Assembly: GCA_040376695.1 (NCBI GenBank)
Contig: JBEIQD010000001.1
Coordinates: 217,029-281,028 of the forward strand
Length of the DNA stretch: 64,000 nt
Direction of reading: 5' to 3'
Origin: Candidatus Nomurabacteria bacterium
GTDB taxonomy: Bacteria; Patescibacteriota; Minisyncoccia; Phycocordibacterales; UBA5272
Below the pieces are notes generated by a model. It had not been told where the DNA came from and ran no database searches. It saw nothing but the letters and a program-made list of their open reading frames with translations. A program made the position numbers and the translations under genes. Shown in pieces: positions 50,629 to 59,789 of this stretch (positions within the stretch are counted from its first letter, which is position 1; each line of letters begins with the position of its first letter).

Positions 50629-51228
50629 TTATTTATTTTTCTTCTCTGCTTCTTCTGTTTCAGTAACTCCTTTAGCGCCGTATGAATGTTTTTTAGCAAC
50701 ACATCTACATCCGTATGGTGAAATGTATTCTTTCACAAATTCTTCTCCGTAATCATACACAATCTCATCTCCCTCTTTAATATTTTTAATTGCTGATATA
50801 AACACTCTTCCTTTTTTAATATCACTTTCAGCATTCGCTGCTTCTTCACAAGCGTGATTACAATAACGAGCAATGTTCCACCTGACCTGTCCGTTGATTG
50901 TTTTATTACGATTAATTTCGAAAAGATACTGATTCGTTGTTATCTTATCTGATTCCTCTTTATTTAAAATAATTCCAATATACTCGATAATCATCTCCCC
51001 TTTCTTGATATTCTCTCCTGCAAAGAGTCCTAACCCTGCAAGCCCTCTTTTAACCTTAACCGCTTTAAAGTGATGATCTGGTAGATTCTTAGTATTTGGT
51101 GACACTTTTTCAATCACCTTCTTCTTTGATACAGATGCTTTCTTTAAAATCTTTGACTGTTTGTCTAACTTCTTTCCAACTGCTTTCGTAGCCGTCTTGC
51201 TTTTCTTTGTCATAATGCATGAAAGCAT
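50629..51228 (-). CDS. SET-domain protein-lysine methyltransferase with a Lys-rich N-terminal tail
   Basis: GLGLFAGENIKKGEMIIEYIG (GxG/SET-N), RYCNHACEEAN (NHxC motif), EIVYDYGEEF (ELxxDY motif), and a post-SET Cys pair CRCV. Confidence 0.85.
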   Translation of the reverse strand: MLSCIMTKKSKTATKAVGKKLDKQSKILKKASVSKKKVIEKVSPNTKNLPDHHFKAVKVKRGLAGLGLFAGENIKKGEMIIEYIGIILNKEESDKITTNQYLFEINRNKTINGQVRWNIARYCNHACEEAANAESDIKKGRVFISAIKNIKEGDEIVYDYGEEFVKEYISPYGCRCVAKKHSYGAKGVTETEEAEKKNK

Positions 51229-51301
51229 ACTATATATATGTGCCTATGAGCAACATAAAAAAAGAAACCCCGCATAGTGCGAGGCCTCGAATTCAGAACA
51301 T

Positions 51302-51754
51302 TCAATTTGGAGCCAGACCGAGATCGAGGAGAACAACGTTTTTTTCACCGAAGTCATCTTTCACATTGCGATATCCGTCTTGCCAGCCACATTGCTCTCT
51401 AAAGAGACCGCGAATGAACTGACCAAATTGTGGACGAATATAGATTGTCATCGGGAAGAAAACAGCCCCGTAACGTTCCCAGGATTCGGGAATTTCTCCA
51501 CGATGTGCCAACAGTCTGTCGAGAACGCAGGCGTTCGCAGCTCTCTCGATAACCTTGGCAGTTTGAAGCGCTTCAAAAAGTCCACGCCCTGTAATCAATC
51601 CGCCATCCTTTTGTTCCTGAGACTGATACAGGCAGCCCACACCGGAGTACCTTTCCTTATCCCACAGAACAAGACCGCGCCTGAAATGATCCGCCACCCT
51701 CATATCAGGAGGAGACGAGGGCAATGAATCACAGTTGATAATAATTGAAGACAT
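51302..51754 (-). CDS. Hypothetical protein, GC-rich (about 48-50%), likely acquired; alternative start at 51826
   Basis: ORF with clearly elevated GC between the SET gene and valS; no recognisable motif. Confidence 0.45.
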   Translation of the reverse strand: MSSIIINCDSLPSSPPDMRVADHFRRGLVLWDKERYSGVGCLYQSQEQKDGGLITGRGLFEALQTAKVIERAANACVLDRLLAHRGEIPESWERYGAVFFPMTIYIRPQFGQFIRGLFREQCGWQDGYRNVKDDFGEKNVVLLDLGLAPN

Positions 51755-51871
51755 TTGATGCTCCTTGAAACATAGTTGAAGAACGAGTATTATCCGTACA
51801 CTACAATACTTATTAGTAATTGTCAAAAATAGCAGTATTCTAGTGTATTTTTATGATAGGATACATACTAT

Positions 51872-54013
51872 ATGAAACAAGTTCCAGAGCAATTAACTAA
51901 ACCTTTTGATGCAGCTTCTGTAGAAGCCTCTTTATATGACATGTGGGAGAAGAGTGGGTATTTCAATCCAGATAACCTACCTGGTGATAGAAAAGAAGCC
52001 TACACCATCGTTTTACCTCCACCAAACGTAACTGGGGTACTTCACACGGGACATGCAATCATGCTTGGAATTCAAGACACTCTTATACGATACAAGCGCA
52101 TGCAAGGATATAAAGCTTTGTGGCTCCCTGGGACAGATCATGCCGCAATTGCTACACAATCAACGGTTGAAAAGAAAATTTATAAAGAAGAAGGAAAATC
52201 TCGACATGATCTTGGGCGCGAAGAGATGCTTAGACGTATTAATGAGTTCGCACTTGAAAGCCAAAAAACAATACTCGCGCAAACACGTTCTATGGGAGCT
52301 TCCCTTGATTGGTCACGGCTTGCTTTTACCTTAGATGACAAGCGTAACCTTGCAGTACGTACGATGTTCAAGAAAATGTACGATGACGGACTTATTTATC
52401 GTGGACAACGTATCGTGAACTGGGATCCAAAAGGTCAAACAACTATTAGTGATGATGAAACCGTAGCAGAAGAACGAAAAGGAACACTCTATACTTTTAA
52501 ATACAGTAAAGACTTCCCTATTGCTATTTCTTCAACACGACCTGAAACAAAAGTTGGAGACGTGGCAGTTGCTGTTCATCCTGATGATGAACGATACAAG
52601 GAATATGTAGGGAAGGAATACTCAATGATGTTTGCTGGATGTCCTATTACCATCAAAGTGATAGCTGACACTGCTGTTGAAAAAGACTTTGGGACAGGCG
52701 CTCTTGGAGTAACACCAGCGCACAGCGCGATCGACTGGGACATTAAAGAACGACATGGACTACCTTCACGACAGGTTATCAATGAATACGCAAAGATGTT
52801 CGGACTTGAAAATGAAGAGTTAAATGGTAAGAAAGTTACCGAAGCGCGTGAATATATCGTGGAGTGGCTTCGTACAGAAGGCCTTCTTACGAATGAAGAG
52901 GAAGTAACACAAAATATTCCAACAGCAGAACGAACTGGTGGCGTTATTGAGCCACTACCTAAGCTTCAATGGTTCGTTGCAGTAAATAAAACATTCAATC
53001 ATTTTGGAAAAGAAACAACGCTCAAGAATCTTATGATTCAGGCAGTTGAAAGCAAAGAGACTTCAATCATCCCTGATAGATTTGAAAAGGTGTACTTCCA
53101 TTGGATCGAAAACTTGCGTGACTGGTGTATTAGCCGTCAGATTTGGTATGGGCACCGAATCCCAGTTTGGTACAAGGGTGATGAAGTTCATTGTGGAACA
53201 GAAGCTCCAACAGGAGAAGGTTGGGTACAAGATGAAGACACGCTTGATACATGGTTCTCTTCTGGTATGTGGACCTTCTCAGCACTGGGCTGGCCAGAAC
53301 AAACAGAAGATATGAAGCTGTATCACCCTACTTCACTGCTTGAGACAGGCCCAGATATTATTTTCTTCTGGGTTGCTCGTATGATTCTCTTCTCAACCTA
53401 CGCGCTTAATGAGGTTCCTTTTAAACACGTATACCTTCATGGACTTGTTCGAGATGCGCAAGGGCGCAAAATGAGTAAGTCTTTAGGAAACGCACTTGAC
53501 CCTCGTGAGCTTTCACTTAAATACGGAACCGACTCATTGCGTATGGCACTTCTTGTAGGGAACGGACCTGGAAATGATCTTAAGCTTAGTGAAGACAAGA
53601 TAAAAGCATACAAGCTTTTCTCAAACAAAATATGGAACGCGACACGGTTTGTTCTTGATAGAACAGCTGACCTGGAATCCCCTGCTCCACTTACAGCTGA
53701 GGACACAGCGCTTTACGATGCTTGGAGAGTGGTACAGGCCGATATAACTTCGGATCTAGAGAATTACCGTCTTCATCTTGCGTCGGAGAAAATATATGAC
53801 TACTTCTGGAAAACTTTTTGTGATCAGATTATTGAAACACATAAGGTTCGTATCGCGGAAGATAAAGATAAGACGAGCGCACAAACACTTCTTATAAAAC
53901 TTCTTCGCGAACAACTTATTGTTCTTCATCCGTTCATGCCGTTTATCACGGAGGAACTTTGGAAGTACGTCAAAGATGATACAGACAATCTCTTGATGGT
54001 AACTCATTGGTAG
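51872..54013 (+). CDS. valS: Valine--tRNA ligase (short form, 713 aa, lacking the C-terminal coiled-coil)
   Basis: HIGH region PPPNVTGVLHTGHA, KMSKS, and the ValRS-type editing/CP1 region. Confidence 0.88.
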   Translation: MKQVPEQLTKPFDAASVEASLYDMWEKSGYFNPDNLPGDRKEAYTIVLPPPNVTGVLHTGHAIMLGIQDTLIRYKRMQGYKALWLPGTDHAAIATQSTVEKKIYKEEGKSRHDLGREEMLRRINEFALESQKTILAQTRSMGASLDWSRLAFTLDDKRNLAVRTMFKKMYDDGLIYRGQRIVNWDPKGQTTISDDETVAEERKGTLYTFKYSKDFPIAISSTRPETKVGDVAVAVHPDDERYKEYVGKEYSMMFAGCPITIKVIADTAVEKDFGTGALGVTPAHSAIDWDIKERHGLPSRQVINEYAKMFGLENEELNGKKVTEAREYIVEWLRTEGLLTNEEEVTQNIPTAERTGGVIEPLPKLQWFVAVNKTFNHFGKETTLKNLMIQAVESKETSIIPDRFEKVYFHWIENLRDWCISRQIWYGHRIPVWYKGDEVHCGTEAPTGEGWVQDEDTLDTWFSSGMWTFSALGWPEQTEDMKLYHPTSLLETGPDIIFFWVARMILFSTYALNEVPFKHVYLHGLVRDAQGRKMSKSLGNALDPRELSLKYGTDSLRMALLVGNGPGNDLKLSEDKIKAYKLFSNKIWNATRFVLDRTADLESPAPLTAEDTALYDAWRVVQADITSDLENYRLHLASEKIYDYFWKTFCDQIIETHKVRIAEDKDKTSAQTLLIKLLREQLIVLHPFMPFITEELWKYVKDDTDNLLMVTHW

Positions 54014-54126
54014 CTCTCGTTTCCCTTCATTGATTTCGCACAGTATGACTGTCTGTGTATAACTTTTCATATATATTGACAGCGATAGTTGTATACTGCA
54101 CTCATACACCCCTAACAAATTTTATT

Positions 54127-54666
54127 ATGCTTAAAGAAAAGAAATCATTTTTCGAGCGATTGGCTGGCTCGATAAGCGTTGATGACGAAGATGAGATTGA
54201 CTTCATCCCTGAAGAAGAGGATGAGGATGAAGTAGTCCCTATCAAACACACAACACGAAGAGCGGAAGCTGCTTCACCAAAAGTTCGTTCACATGTTGCT
54301 CATATTGAAGAAGATGAGGATGACGCAGCTATGGAAGAAGGAGAGCTCTCAGTGGATGTATATCAGACATCAAACGAAATTATTATTGAAGCTATGGTTG
54401 CTGGTGTTAAGCCAGAAGATCTCCATCTTTCAATAACACGAGACATGGTAACTATTAAGGGTCGTCGAGATGGCAACACTCAAGTAACACATGATGATTA
54501 CTTCTACAAAGAACTCTACTGGGGATCATTCACTCGTACAATCCTCCTTCCACACGAAGTAGAGATTGAAGAAGCTGAAGCTGTTGAGAAGCATGGACTC
54601 CTCATTATCCGCCTTCCAAAATTGGATAAGGCACGACAGGCAAAGCTTAAAGTTAAATCGATATAA
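54127..54666 (+). CDS. Hsp20/alpha-crystallin family small heat-shock protein
   Basis: ACD core LSVDVYQTSNEIIIEAMVAGVKPEDLHLSI...FTRTILLPHEVE...GLLIIRLPK; start placed at MLKEKKSFF. Confidence 0.8.
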   Translation: MLKEKKSFFERLAGSISVDDEDEIDFIPEEEDEDEVVPIKHTTRRAEAASPKVRSHVAHIEEDEDDAAMEEGELSVDVYQTSNEIIIEAMVAGVKPEDLHLSITRDMVTIKGRRDGNTQVTHDDYFYKELYWGSFTRTILLPHEVEIEEAEAVEKHGLLIIRLPKLDKARQAKLKVKSI

Positions 54667-54673
54667 GCAATAT

Positions 54674-54701
54674 AAAATCCGCATCAAATGATGCGGATTT
54701 T
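54674..54701 (+). terminator. Intrinsic terminator after hsp20
   Basis: aaaatccgcatcaaatgatgcggatttt. Confidence 0.6.
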
Positions 54702-54771
54702 ATAATTACTTAGTCAGCTCCTTAATTATAAGAAGAATGACTACTAAGTGTAGTGTTTCCATATTTTTAAA

Positions 54772-54880
54772 GCAGTTGTGCTCTGCCAACAAGTGGTCTT
54801 GAAAAGAAGTTGGTGAAAACAAAAACCAAGCAAATATTATTAATAAAGGACTTACTCGGTCTCGACTACTTCACTCTTAT
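54772..54880. repeat. Copy B of the about 115-bp dispersed repeat
   Basis: See copy A (44634..44752). Confidence 0.7.
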
Positions 54881-55065
54881 AATTTAAATATAACAGACCA
54901 TATTGAAATTGCAATACGGCAGGAACCACTTCATTTTCGGTCACAAGAGCACTCGCTTCGCTCGAGAAGCCCTCGCGACCCCTATTCGATTCCTGCACGA
55001 AAGCCAAGCAGTTGGCTTTCTCTCGGACACATTTCAAAAAACCCTTTTAGGTCTTTTTTGAAATG

Positions 55066-55137
55066 TGTCCTCGGCAGGAATCGAACCCACAATAACTCCT
55101 TAGGACGGAGCAGTTATATCCATTTAACTACGAGGAC
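55066..55137 (-). tRNA. tRNA-Arg (CCT)
   Basis: Minus-strand gtcctcg...gctcc-gtcctaa-ggagt...gtggg-ttcgatt-cctgc-cgaggac-a; followed by a hairpin at 55031..55065. Confidence 0.7.
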
Positions 55138-55201
55138 GTATAGCGATTCTAACACATTTTATCCACTGAGAAATATATGAAATAAGGGTATACTAGAAAC
55201 T

Positions 55202-55540
55202 ATGTCTGATCCAGATTTAACTAACCAGGAAAAACTTGAAGAGGTCTACCGTCTCACCCTTGAGAATAATCATATTCTTCACAAAATACAGAACCGTGAC
55301 CGTATAACCATCATCTTGCGTATCGTTTACTGGCTAGCAATCCTTGGAGCTCTTGGAGGAGCATACTACTATGTTCGACCGTTTGTGGATTCTATTGCAG
55401 CAAGCAACTCACGAGCAGATGGAATTATTCACCAGTTTGAAAATCTCCGCTCACAGTTCCCAGAAACAAAGGCGTTCCAAGAATTCTTTAACCAGTTCAA
55501 ACATAATAACGAGGCAAGCTCTACACCAGCACAAGGATAA
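55202..55540 (+). CDS. Small membrane protein (hypothetical)
   Basis: 112 aa with a central TM (IILRIVYWLAILGALGGAYYYV). Confidence 0.4.
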   Translation: MSDPDLTNQEKLEEVYRLTLENNHILHKIQNRDRITIILRIVYWLAILGALGGAYYYVRPFVDSIAASNSRADGIIHQFENLRSQFPETKAFQEFFNQFKHNNEASSTPAQG

Positions 55541-55588
55541 TCGTGCTTTTCTAGGCAGTTATTTTATGATAGTATGAAAGACATACAT

Positions 55589-55664
55589 GCTTGGATAGCT
55601 CAGTTGGTAGAGCGCTTCCCTGAAGAGGAATAGGTCCCCAGTTCGAGCCTGGGTCCAAGCACCA
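55589..55664 (+). tRNA. tRNA-Phe (GAA), 3' CCA encoded
   Basis: Acceptor gcttgga/tccaagc, D-arm gctc-agttggta-gagc, anticodon loop ctgaaga, T-arm cccag-ttcgagc-ctggg, ACCA end. Confidence 0.8.
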
Positions 55665-55667
55665 AAA

Positions 55668-55696
55668 GAAAAACACCTACAATTTGTAGGTGTTTT
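55668..55696. terminator. Bidirectional terminator (tRNA-Phe and the glutaredoxin-like gene)
   Basis: aaaaacacctacaatttgtaggtgttttt. Confidence 0.6.
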
Positions 55697-55709
55697 TCTC
55701 TATATTCTA

Positions 55710-55970
55710 TTACGCAGCAACTCCGAGAATCTTTGCCATTTGGTCTGGATTAAATCCAACCATAACATCATTCTCTATTTTGATAACTGGCACTCCGAGT
55801 TGTCCTGTAATTTCCACCATCTCCTTTCGCTTTTCCATATCTTCTGCAACGTTATAGTCCGTATATGGAATATTTTTTGCAGATAGCCATTCCTTTGCCA
55901 TATGACAAAAATGACATGTTGGCGTACTGTAAATCTCAATTAATTTGTGTTCTGTAGTGTTTGTATCCAT
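55710..55970 (-). CDS. Glutaredoxin-like / NrdH-like thioredoxin-fold protein
   Basis: IEIYSTPTCHFCHMAKEWL CxxC active site; 86 aa. Confidence 0.75.
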   Translation of the reverse strand: MDTNTTEHKLIEIYSTPTCHFCHMAKEWLSAKNIPYTDYNVAEDMEKRKEMVEITGQLGVPVIKIENDVMVGFNPDQMAKILGVAA

Positions 55971-56048
55971 ATGTTTCCAGTATATACCTAAAGGTACTGC
56001 GATTTCAACAGACTGAGTACAGTCTAAGAAATCGGGAGCATATCTTCG

Positions 56049-56441
56049 TTATTCTTTAGCAAAAAGCCCCTGTAAAAATACTTTCATATGCTCCCAGATG
56101 GTCATATCTGACTTTACTTCTGCAACAGAGCTCTTGTTTTCGTCATAAATAACAATGACACCTTCACCTTCCTTTACCACAGGATAGGTTGTTCTAACAT
56201 ATGTTTCAAATCCCCTTTGGGTACTCAAGGCTTCGTTTTTTTCCTCAGCTCTTGCAACCTTCTGTTCCAGATCCTGTCGCTCAGCCAAGGACTCTGCGCG
56301 AAGCTTACTTACTTCAATACGTTTATTATTTAACTCTACAATTGAGCGCAGCAATAGGATACACAAAAGGAACAATACAACAATAGTTACTCTCGAATAG
56401 AGTATTGACCGTATCTGATGCTTTTGTTGATATTCACGCAT
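56049..56441 (-). CDS. FtsB/DivIC-like septum-formation initiator (TM plus coiled-coil)
   Basis: Single N-terminal TM followed by a heptad-rich region (KLRAESLAERQDLEQKVARAEEKNEAL). Confidence 0.55.
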   Translation of the reverse strand: MREYQQKHQIRSILYSRVTIVVLFLLCILLLRSIVELNNKRIEVSKLRAESLAERQDLEQKVARAEEKNEALSTQRGFETYVRTTYPVVKEGEGVIVIYDENKSSVAEVKSDMTIWEHMKVFLQGLFAKE

Positions 56442-56489
56442 ATATGGGTTAGTATAAGATATACTTTAACATACCTAACATAAAGAACT

Positions 56490-56600
56490 ATGATTTTCAC
56501 AGGAAAAAACAAGAAACTAGTTACTCGTATCTGGGCCTTCATTTCGATTCTAGCAATCGTTGGTATGGTAGGATTCTCACTCGTAGCACTTATTGCATAA
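56490..56600 (+). CDS. Possible 36-aa hydrophobic micro-protein (weak)
   Basis: MIFTGKNKKLVTRIWAFISILAIVGMVGFSLVALIA, followed by the hairpin 56615..56644. Confidence 0.25.
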   Translation: MIFTGKNKKLVTRIWAFISILAIVGMVGFSLVALIA

Positions 56601-56642
56601 TAAGTTGTAGAAATAAAAAAGCGATGCTGATGCATCGCTTTT

Positions 56643-58445
56643 TTATTTCTCTGTCGGCTTCATCATATTAAGGAAGGTGTCATGAGAAATATGCACTCGG
56701 CCTTCACGCTCCATTCTGTCCTTTCCACGCTTTTGCTTTTCGCGTAATTTCATCTTTCGAGTAATATCTCCTCCGTACATATATCCTGTCACATCCTTCT
56801 TCATCGGCGCAATTGAACGAGACGCAACAATTTTCCCATGAACATAAGACTGGATCTTTACACGGAACAATTCTCGAGGAAGAATTTTTTCCAATTTTTC
56901 AACCACTTCTTCACTTTCTTCTCTTGCTCTATATTCAGGAATAACACGAGAGAAAGCAGATACTCGCTCTTCTGCAACATACACGTCTAGCCGTGTTACA
57001 TAGGCATCTTTCATTTCCCCTTTTTCATACACTATCGAAGCATACCCACTTGATGCTGACTTTACTTCATTAAAGAAATTTCGCATAAGTTCACGAAGTG
57101 GCATATTGAGTGTTATTTTTACTCGGTCATGTCCCCAATCAGCAAGATCAGCTACCGTTGCTTCATGTGGTGGGAATAGTTGCATCAAAGGACTCACATA
57201 GTCATGTGGTGTGATAATCGTAAGAATAATCCAAGGCTCACGAACCGATGTATACATACCATGGTCTGGAAAATGAATCGGCGTATAGACCATTTCCACT
57301 TCTCCGTTTTTAAGTTTTACTTCATACGTAATAGAAGGAGTTGTAACAACAAGCTCTTGATCAAATTCACGTCGCAAACGTTCAGTTACAATTTCCAAGT
57401 GAAGCATTCCAAGGAATCCACATCGAAACCCACGCCCTAGAGCACCAGAGGATTCTTCTTCAAAGGTTAGTGAAGAATCTGAGAGCTTCAGTTTTGAAAG
57501 ACTACTTCGGAGGTCATCAAACTCATCTTGAGATTCAGGATAAATAGAAGCAAACACAATTGGCACTGGTTCAGCATATCCTGGGAAAGCAGGGAGCGGC
57601 CGAGACTGTGTAGTGACAGTATCTCCGACACGCGCAATACCTGGTTCCTTAATACCTGTCACAATGTACCCAATCTCCCCTGCGCTGACGACGTCGGTTG
57701 GACGTTTTTCTGGAGAAAATCTTCCCACCTCTCGAATAATAAATTTATGGTTAGACTGTACGAACAAAAGCGTATCTCCTGCTTTCACGCTGCCATCCAA
57801 AACACGAGTATACAAAATAACACCCATGTGATTACTGTATTCAAAATCAAAAATAAGTGCACGAGTCTGATTACCTTCTGCATCTACGAATTCACTTTTT
57901 GGTTCTGGTACTCTTGTAATAATTTCTTCGATAAGCTCTTTTACACCTTCCCCTGTTTTTCCAGATACCGCTAGGATTTCTGATTCATCACAATGAAGGA
58001 GAGCTACAATTTCTTCCTTCACGTCTGTTACTCGCGCAAGCGGACTATCGATCTTAGTAATAACGGGAATAATGGTAAGTCCAGAGTTTTTTGCCATTTC
58101 AAGAGTCGTCAGTGTCTGAGCCTGTATACCTTGTGTAGAATCAACAAGAAGAAGTGTACCTTCTACCGCTTGAAGTGCGCGAGATACTTCATACGAGAAA
58201 TCGATGTGCCCAGGAGTGTCAATAAGGTTGAGAATATATTCCTTCCCATCAGAGCTTTTCCAGCCCATACGCACTGGAGTCATTTTAATCGTAATACCAC
58301 GCTCACGTTCGAGTTCCATCGAATCAAGGACCTGTTCCTTCATATGACGCTTATCCACCGTTGAGGTAACTTCAAGAAGTCGATCTGCAAGAGTCGATTT
58401 ACCATGATCAATATGGGCAATGATAGAGAAGTTGCGAATATTCAT
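56643..58445 (-). CDS. lepA: Elongation factor 4
   Basis: G1 motif AHIDHGKSTLADRL and the LepA-specific C-terminal domain; 600 aa. Confidence 0.95.
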   Translation of the reverse strand: MNIRNFSIIAHIDHGKSTLADRLLEVTSTVDKRHMKEQVLDSMELERERGITIKMTPVRMGWKSSDGKEYILNLIDTPGHIDFSYEVSRALQAVEGTLLLVDSTQGIQAQTLTTLEMAKNSGLTIIPVITKIDSPLARVTDVKEEIVALLHCDESEILAVSGKTGEGVKELIEEIITRVPEPKSEFVDAEGNQTRALIFDFEYSNHMGVILYTRVLDGSVKAGDTLLFVQSNHKFIIREVGRFSPEKRPTDVVSAGEIGYIVTGIKEPGIARVGDTVTTQSRPLPAFPGYAEPVPIVFASIYPESQDEFDDLRSSLSKLKLSDSSLTFEEESSGALGRGFRCGFLGMLHLEIVTERLRREFDQELVVTTPSITYEVKLKNGEVEMVYTPIHFPDHGMYTSVREPWIILTIITPHDYVSPLMQLFPPHEATVADLADWGHDRVKITLNMPLRELMRNFFNEVKSASSGYASIVYEKGEMKDAYVTRLDVYVAEERVSAFSRVIPEYRAREESEEVVEKLEKILPRELFRVKIQSYVHGKIVASRSIAPMKKDVTGYMYGGDITRKMKLREKQKRGKDRMEREGRVHISHDTFLNMMKPTEK

Positions 58446-58447
58446 AC

Positions 58448-59743
58448 TTACTGAGAAAGCTTCTTCTTTCTACTATAAAAGAACCCAAGTAGCAAGAGAT
58501 ACACCACACTTAAGACCCATGAACTTATAACAAGTGAAAACATACCCTGACCCATCTTAACTGCCGTAATGAGGGTTATAACACCAACGCTTGACGCAAT
58601 CAGGTTTGCATAAAAAAGACCCATAGTATCTTTCGATGCACTAAACGCACTCACAAAATATATATTGATAGCATACAGCGGCAAACTGAAAGCAAATAAT
58701 CCTGCCATACTAGAAATCTCTTTCCCTCGAGTAACATCTCCGTACAAAATACGCACGATAGGATCTTTACAAATAATAATTACTGCTGCAGCGAGAACTG
58801 ATATAGAAAAAATAGAAATAAGATTTATCTTAAGAATTTTTGTAAAATCCTTATGCTCACCCTGAGCGTGTTTATGTGCCAGCAAAGGAAGTGTTGCAGA
58901 AGCCGCACTCTGTACAACAACTTGTACGAATGCATCAATAATACGTTGTGCAAATAAATATACTGACAAGACACCAACCCCAATAGAGGTTGCCACAGCC
59001 ACAAAAATTAAATCTCGCACTCTTGAAACCACTGTAGAGAGCGATCGAGGTACAGCAACTCTCATATGAGACATAACATGTACCCAACTAAACATAGCTA
59101 GTGACAATTTCATTCTTGCTTCATATAAAGTATATGACTGTACAGCAAAACTAAGAATTGCCCCAACTACCACACCGCAAACAATTCCAATTACTCCGTA
59201 GCGTGGATACAGGAGCGGAATGGAAGCAATAATGGTAAGAGTGTAGATGAGTGGCGCAATACTGTATAAAACAAATCTATGTTTAATCTGAGCAAGTGAT
59301 GACACAAGCGCAGAAAGTCCGAGGAAAAGTGGCTGCACCATGAGAATAAGGGAACAGACAACAAAATAATGCCGCTGAAACTCATCAAATCCAGGAACAA
59401 TATATGGAGCGAGGAATGGCAAACATGCTGCCGCCACCAAAGAAAATGCTATTAAACTAAATCCAAAAAAGAAAAAGAGTGAGTTAAACTTCTTAGTAAT
59501 CTCCTCTTCATTTTCTTCTGCATGTTTAGTGATAAAAGGAACGACTGTTGCAGCCGATACTGCAGCAATTAATAAACCATAGACAAGATCAGGGATTCTA
59601 AACGCTGCATTATATACATCAAGCATTGGACCCACTCCTACAACTTGTGCAAGAAGACGGTCTCGAAAAATACCTAAGATAAGTGAGACTACACCGAAAA
59701 AAGCAAGAATTGCAGAGTTTCTAAGAATCATACGATATACCAA
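58448..59743 (-). CDS. murJ: Lipid II flippase MurJ/MviN family (short, 431 aa)
   Basis: N-terminus ...GIFRDRLLAQVVGVGPMLDVYNAAFRIPDLVYGLL... matches the MurJ Arg-rich N-terminal pattern; polytopic. Confidence 0.65.
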   Translation of the reverse strand: MVYRMILRNSAILAFFGVVSLILGIFRDRLLAQVVGVGPMLDVYNAAFRIPDLVYGLLIAAVSAATVVPFITKHAEENEEEITKKFNSLFFFFGFSLIAFSLVAAACLPFLAPYIVPGFDEFQRHYFVVCSLILMVQPLFLGLSALVSSLAQIKHRFVLYSIAPLIYTLTIIASIPLLYPRYGVIGIVCGVVVGAILSFAVQSYTLYEARMKLSLAMFSWVHVMSHMRVAVPRSLSTVVSRVRDLIFVAVATSIGVGVLSVYLFAQRIIDAFVQVVVQSAASATLPLLAHKHAQGEHKDFTKILKINLISIFSISVLAAAVIIICKDPIVRILYGDVTRGKEISSMAGLFAFSLPLYAINIYFVSAFSASKDTMGLFYANLIASSVGVITLITAVKMGQGMFSLVISSWVLSVVYLLLLGFFYSRKKKLSQ

Positions 59744-59756
59744 TTATACCATGAGA

Positions 59757-59787
59757 AAACACCGCCCTTGTGGGACGGTGTTTTCAT
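59757..59787 (-). terminator. Intrinsic terminator directly after the rnpB 3' end
   Basis: Minus strand aaaacaccgtcccacaagggcggtgttttc. Confidence 0.55.
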
Positions 59788-59789
59788 GT

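Noticed and set aside
44634-54880. The 10.2-kb segment between the two repeat copies as a mobile element
   Set aside because: The interval contains core essential genes (murF, secA, valS) and no integrase or transposase. The repeats are more likely independent small elements.
54895-55030. tmRNA or extra tRNA in the GC-rich segment
   Set aside because: The ttcgattcctgc match lacks a complementary T-stem 5' strand and an acceptor stem. The region is far too short for tmRNA, and there is no GGGG 5' end or CCA-ending acceptor.
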